A program made the position numbers and the translations under genes. DNA of 64,000 nt from a virus: the IMG/VR virus record IMGVR_UViG_3300033150_001234, positions 1 to 64,000 of that record, one strand, 5' to 3'. Of the stretch, positions 60,853 through 64,000 are shown piece after piece. Numbering within the stretch: the first letter of the stretch is position 1; each line of letters opens with the position of its first letter. The notes beneath the pieces are model-generated. The model was given only the letters and a program-made list of their open reading frames with translations, was not told the origin of the DNA and did no database searches.

Positions 60853-61834
60853 ATGAAATATATATTAAAAAGAAAAACGGATGTTAGGGATAAAAGGTTA
60901 CCAATAATAATAATCAAGAAATTTAAGGTATTTGGATATGTTATAACAATATCACGTCACGCATTAAATGCAGGTTATAAATATAGAAATGAAATTAATG
61001 TTAATATAAGTAAGGGTTGGGAGGATTAAAATGTATTGTAAGCACGGTATTACTAAGGAAAGTTGTGCAATATGTAATGGTACAATGATACAAAAAGAAT
61101 GTAAACAAGAGCAATATCGTGATGAAAGATTAAGGAAAAAGGAATACATAAAACAACGCAGTAAATTACAGGAAGATAGTAAAATGTTTGCAAAGAGACA
61201 TCGAGACGATGTCATGGATGAAGATATAAAATATGTTATAGTTAATACCGTAAATGTAGAAAAGGAAGAAATAGAAATACTGTTTAATATAGCTAAAGAA
61301 TTAGAAAGAACATTGCATGCGATTGAATGGATTTATAAATATGCCTGGAATGAAAATATAACTGAATTTATAAAAAATGCAGATGATAATAAATGGTATT
61401 TAAGAATTCAACATATAAAAATGGAGTTGGGATTATGATAGATACTGCAGAGCATATAAAGCAAAAATTAAAAGAACATTTTAAATTATATGGTATAGAA
61501 TATACGGGAGAATTAATTAAGCGCACTTATAAAAATAATAAGAAAGCATTAAGTTCACTACTCTACTACTACAATGGGCTAATAAGGAGGAAGTAAAATG
61601 TGGGTTAAGATAAATATTAGGACAAAAGAACAAAAGGAAAGAAAACAATATTCACGGGTTACTAAACCGTATACATTAAAGGATGCAAAAGAATTATCTA
61701 AAAGATACGTAGAAGATGATAATATAGTAGATGTATTTATAACTCACTTTGCTACATGGCATAATTATTTAGTTTGTTATTTAAAGAAAGATGGTAAAAA
61801 GGGATATATAAAAGAAAGTGCAAGAATAGATTAA
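60853..61834 (+). CDS. Four small hypothetical proteins (60853-61029, 61031-61438, ~61435-61596, 61598-61834)
   Basis: RBSs and tight packing; CKHG....CAIC in 61031. Confidence 0.6.
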
Positions 61835-62284
61835 GGAGTACAATATGTCAGAATGGTCAAAGGTAATTATTACATGTGAAAGTGGTAAGGTGGTAGAATT
61901 TGACCCAGAGGACTGGAATGAAACACAAGTGCTCAAAAGATTAGAAAAAGAAGGTGAAAAAATAGTCGGTATTAAACATATTGATGAGTATAAACAATAT
62001 AGAAATAAGGACTAGCAAAATGAAAGATGTACATAAAGAATTTATGGAAAAAATGTGCCCTAGGTGTCATAAAGAATGTGTAACTAAAAAAGAAGTTAAA
62101 GAGTGTATGTTAGCATATAATGATTTTGAAATAGATTACTTAGAGGAGGAATTGAAATGAATAAAGAACTTGGAAATAGATAAGATAGTAAGAAAGAGTG
62201 TTTGGAACTATTGCGTAACTGCAAATAAATTTTATAGCGCATGTTTGCATGTTGAAATATTCAAAACTGAGAAGGGGGCACAAG

Positions 62285-62710
62285 ATGACTAAGGAAAAAT
62301 TAAAAGAGATTTTAGTAGAAGCAAAATCAACATTTGAGATGATAGACATAATAGGTAGGGAGTTTCGTGAGTCAGATACTCTTAATTTAGAATATTATCA
62401 CAAAACACTCGATAAGTTATCAGGCTGTTATACGTATTTAATGCCAATTTATTTAAAAATCGAAGCAATCAAGAAAAACACAGAAGTGAGTAAGTATATG
62501 GACCTGAAACTTAAATTTGTGCCCAATGATATAGAGAAAAAATTTGTAAGCACTGTTGCAGATAAGGAAGCATCTTATGAGGTGAGAGATTTACGTATGG
62601 CTAGAAATATAATCGAGGGATATGTAAAGGTCACGGAAACCGATATCAATACATGCAAAAAACATATCGGAGGAAATGAAAAGGAAAGGCAGGTTCAACA
62701 TAATGGGTAG
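62285..62710 (+). CDS. Helical protein, possibly UvsY-like recombination mediator
   Basis: Size, helical pattern and position near replication genes; GGGGG RBS. Confidence 0.35.
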   Translation: MTKEKLKEILVEAKSTFEMIDIIGREFRESDTLNLEYYHKTLDKLSGCYTYLMPIYLKIEAIKKNTEVSKYMDLKLKFVPNDIEKKFVSTVADKEASYEVRDLRMARNIIEGYVKVTETDINTCKKHIGGNEKERQVQHNG

Positions 62711-63149
62711 AAAAAAGAGTATAGATAAACTAACACCTCTTGTGTTAGAATATGGCGTGACGCATGATGATAACTTAATCGCTCAATTGATAAAGGAATC
62801 ATCAGGATTAATTTATGTGGTAATGAAATATTATCGAATGGATTATTTCCCGGGACTAATACAGGAAGAAGTTGTAGGAGCATGTAAATCTATAATATTA
62901 TTAAAGGCGATTAAAGGATTCGATGCAAAGAAGGGAAGGTTTTCAACTTATTATACATGGAAATTAAAAAGTTTTATAAAGTGCAAACAAAAATATTTTT
63001 TAAGAAGGAAGAAATTATTGGAACATCTCTCAATTGATGAAAAAATACCGGGAGCAGAGAATATGACACTAGCAGATTTTATGCACAATTTCGACTTATT
63101 GTTAAAACAAAAATTAAGTGCTAAAATGGCACAGATTTTTAACCTTTGA
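62703..63149 (+). CDS. Phage sigma-factor-like protein (regions 2-3 only)
   Basis: LLKAIKGFDAKKGRFSTYYTWKLK matches sigma70 region 2.2-2.4; LSIDEKI...TLADF resembles region 3.2; no region 4 HTH. Confidence 0.75.
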   Translation: MGRKKSIDKLTPLVLEYGVTHDDNLIAQLIKESSGLIYVVMKYYRMDYFPGLIQEEVVGACKSIILLKAIKGFDAKKGRFSTYYTWKLKSFIKCKQKYFLRRKKLLEHLSIDEKIPGAENMTLADFMHNFDLLLKQKLSAKMAQIFNL

Positions 63150-63164
63150 TATATAATATAATTA

Positions 63165-64000
63165 ATGATGGATATAATTCACAAATTTAATTCAAAAATC
63201 GAAAAGGTAAAATCGGATAAGATTTGTCTTCGATGTAAAAATAAAACTGCAAGCATTGCAGTAGTTGAAAATGCTGAATACTTTATTTGTTCAGAGTGTA
63301 GTATAAGAATATCGATGCACGATTTATTAATGAAGACGTTGCTCAATGCATATAAACAACTGAAATGGAGTATAGTTCCCGAAAAGAATAAGTCTGCATT
63401 AGAAGAAGAATGGACGACAATTAATCATTATGACATAAGTGAGTGGAGTAAGTGGCTTAAAGAGGGATATTATGTCAAGCATAAGAAATATTGGGCAAAG
63501 AACATAGGATTGGGAGTAAGGACTGGGAGCGCTAGTAATATTACAGTAATCGATGTTGATGAACTTGATAAATTTCCCGAAAAGTGGCTCGACTCAACCA
63601 TCGTTCAGAAAACTCCGAGCGGAGGTTATCATTTATTTTTTCAATATGAGCCAGACATGAGAACAACACAAGCAACAAAAGGAAAATTAGGTATAGAGGT
63701 ATGCGGCGACGGTAAAAAGGTTACGATATATCCTTCGAATAATTATCTATGGAAGAACTTTACGCTAAAAATGCCAAAAATGCCGAAAGAATTAAAAGAG
63801 CTAATACTCGCTAATTGTAAAAAATCTGAAAATCTATCTGATGATATATATAAGGAGATAGATATTCCTGAGGGACAAAGGAATAATCAGCTAGTGACAA
63901 TCGGAGGTGTTCTTAGAAAATTTTTGCCAAAGCAGCAGCTAAATAACACATTGAGAGTAATTAATCAATCATTGTGTAATCCTTCGTTACCGCAGATGGA
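63165..64000 (+). CDS. Bifunctional primase-polymerase with N-terminal zinc ribbon (3'-truncated by window edge; not in ORF track)
   Basis: My translation: CLRC..CSEC; LGVRTG..SNITVIDVD; QKTPSGGYHLFFQY; IYPS; PriCT-like IPEGQRNN.L...GG.L. Confidence 0.88.
   Translation, partial: MMDIIHKFNSKIEKVKSDKICLRCKNKTASIAVVENAEYFICSECSIRISMHDLLMKTLLNAYKQLKWSIVPEKNKSALEEEWTTINHYDISEWSKWLKEGYYVKHKKYWAKNIGLGVRTGSASNITVIDVDELDKFPEKWLDSTIVQKTPSGGYHLFFQYEPDMRTTQATKGKLGIEVCGDGKKVTIYPSNNYLWKNFTLKMPKMPKELKELILANCKKSENLSDDIYKEIDIPEGQRNNQLVTIGGVLRKFLPKQQLNNTLRVINQSLCNPSLPQM

Noticed and set aside
62142-62292. Possible frameshifted small gene (strong RBS and ATG at 62157 out of frame with a 43-codon ORF)
   Set aside because: No recognisable product and a TTG start at 62170 can explain it
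465-62883. All minus-strand ORFs in the track
   Set aside because: Each lies antisense to a well-supported plus-strand gene, has low-complexity S/F/L-rich translation and no motifs; treated as shadow ORFs

Overview
AT-rich segment of a tailed dsDNA bacteriophage (Caudoviricetes, HK97-fold head, probably siphovirus-like because no sheath is recognisable). Essentially all real genes are on the + strand and use the standard genetic code; sigma70-type promoters and GGAG(G) ribosome-binding sites point to a bacterial host. 1-18.4 kb: early/accessory region with RNA-repair-type enzymes (DRB0094-like RNA ligase, PNK-like kinase, phosphoesterase, two HD proteins, RlaP-like nucleotidyltransferase), a tRNA-Ala, a tRNA-like element with an aberrant anticodon arm, KTSC, HNH, DUF932, cupin and an M42 peptidase. 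18.4-39.1 kb: head module (TerL, portal, MuF with a zincin C-terminus, protease-scaffold, capsid) interrupted by two BppU/fibre cassettes, a run of small Cys-rich ORFs, holin candidates and an MBL-fold fusion. 39.2-47.9 kb: nine-gene glycan-synthesis/modification cluster placed between the capsid and neck genes. 47.8-60.2 kb: neck and tail. 60.2-64 kb: a second early region, a sigma factor lacking region 4 and a truncated primase-polymerase. Best leads: the glycan cluster with a WbdD-like methyltransferase-kinase; a duplicated three-part regulatory scaffold flanking unrelated ORFs; a candidate late promoter (TTTCTTTA) matched to the truncated sigma; the tRNA mimic in the RNA-repair region; and a MuF toxin/immunity-like pair. 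All product calls come from motif recognition by eye; no database search was run.
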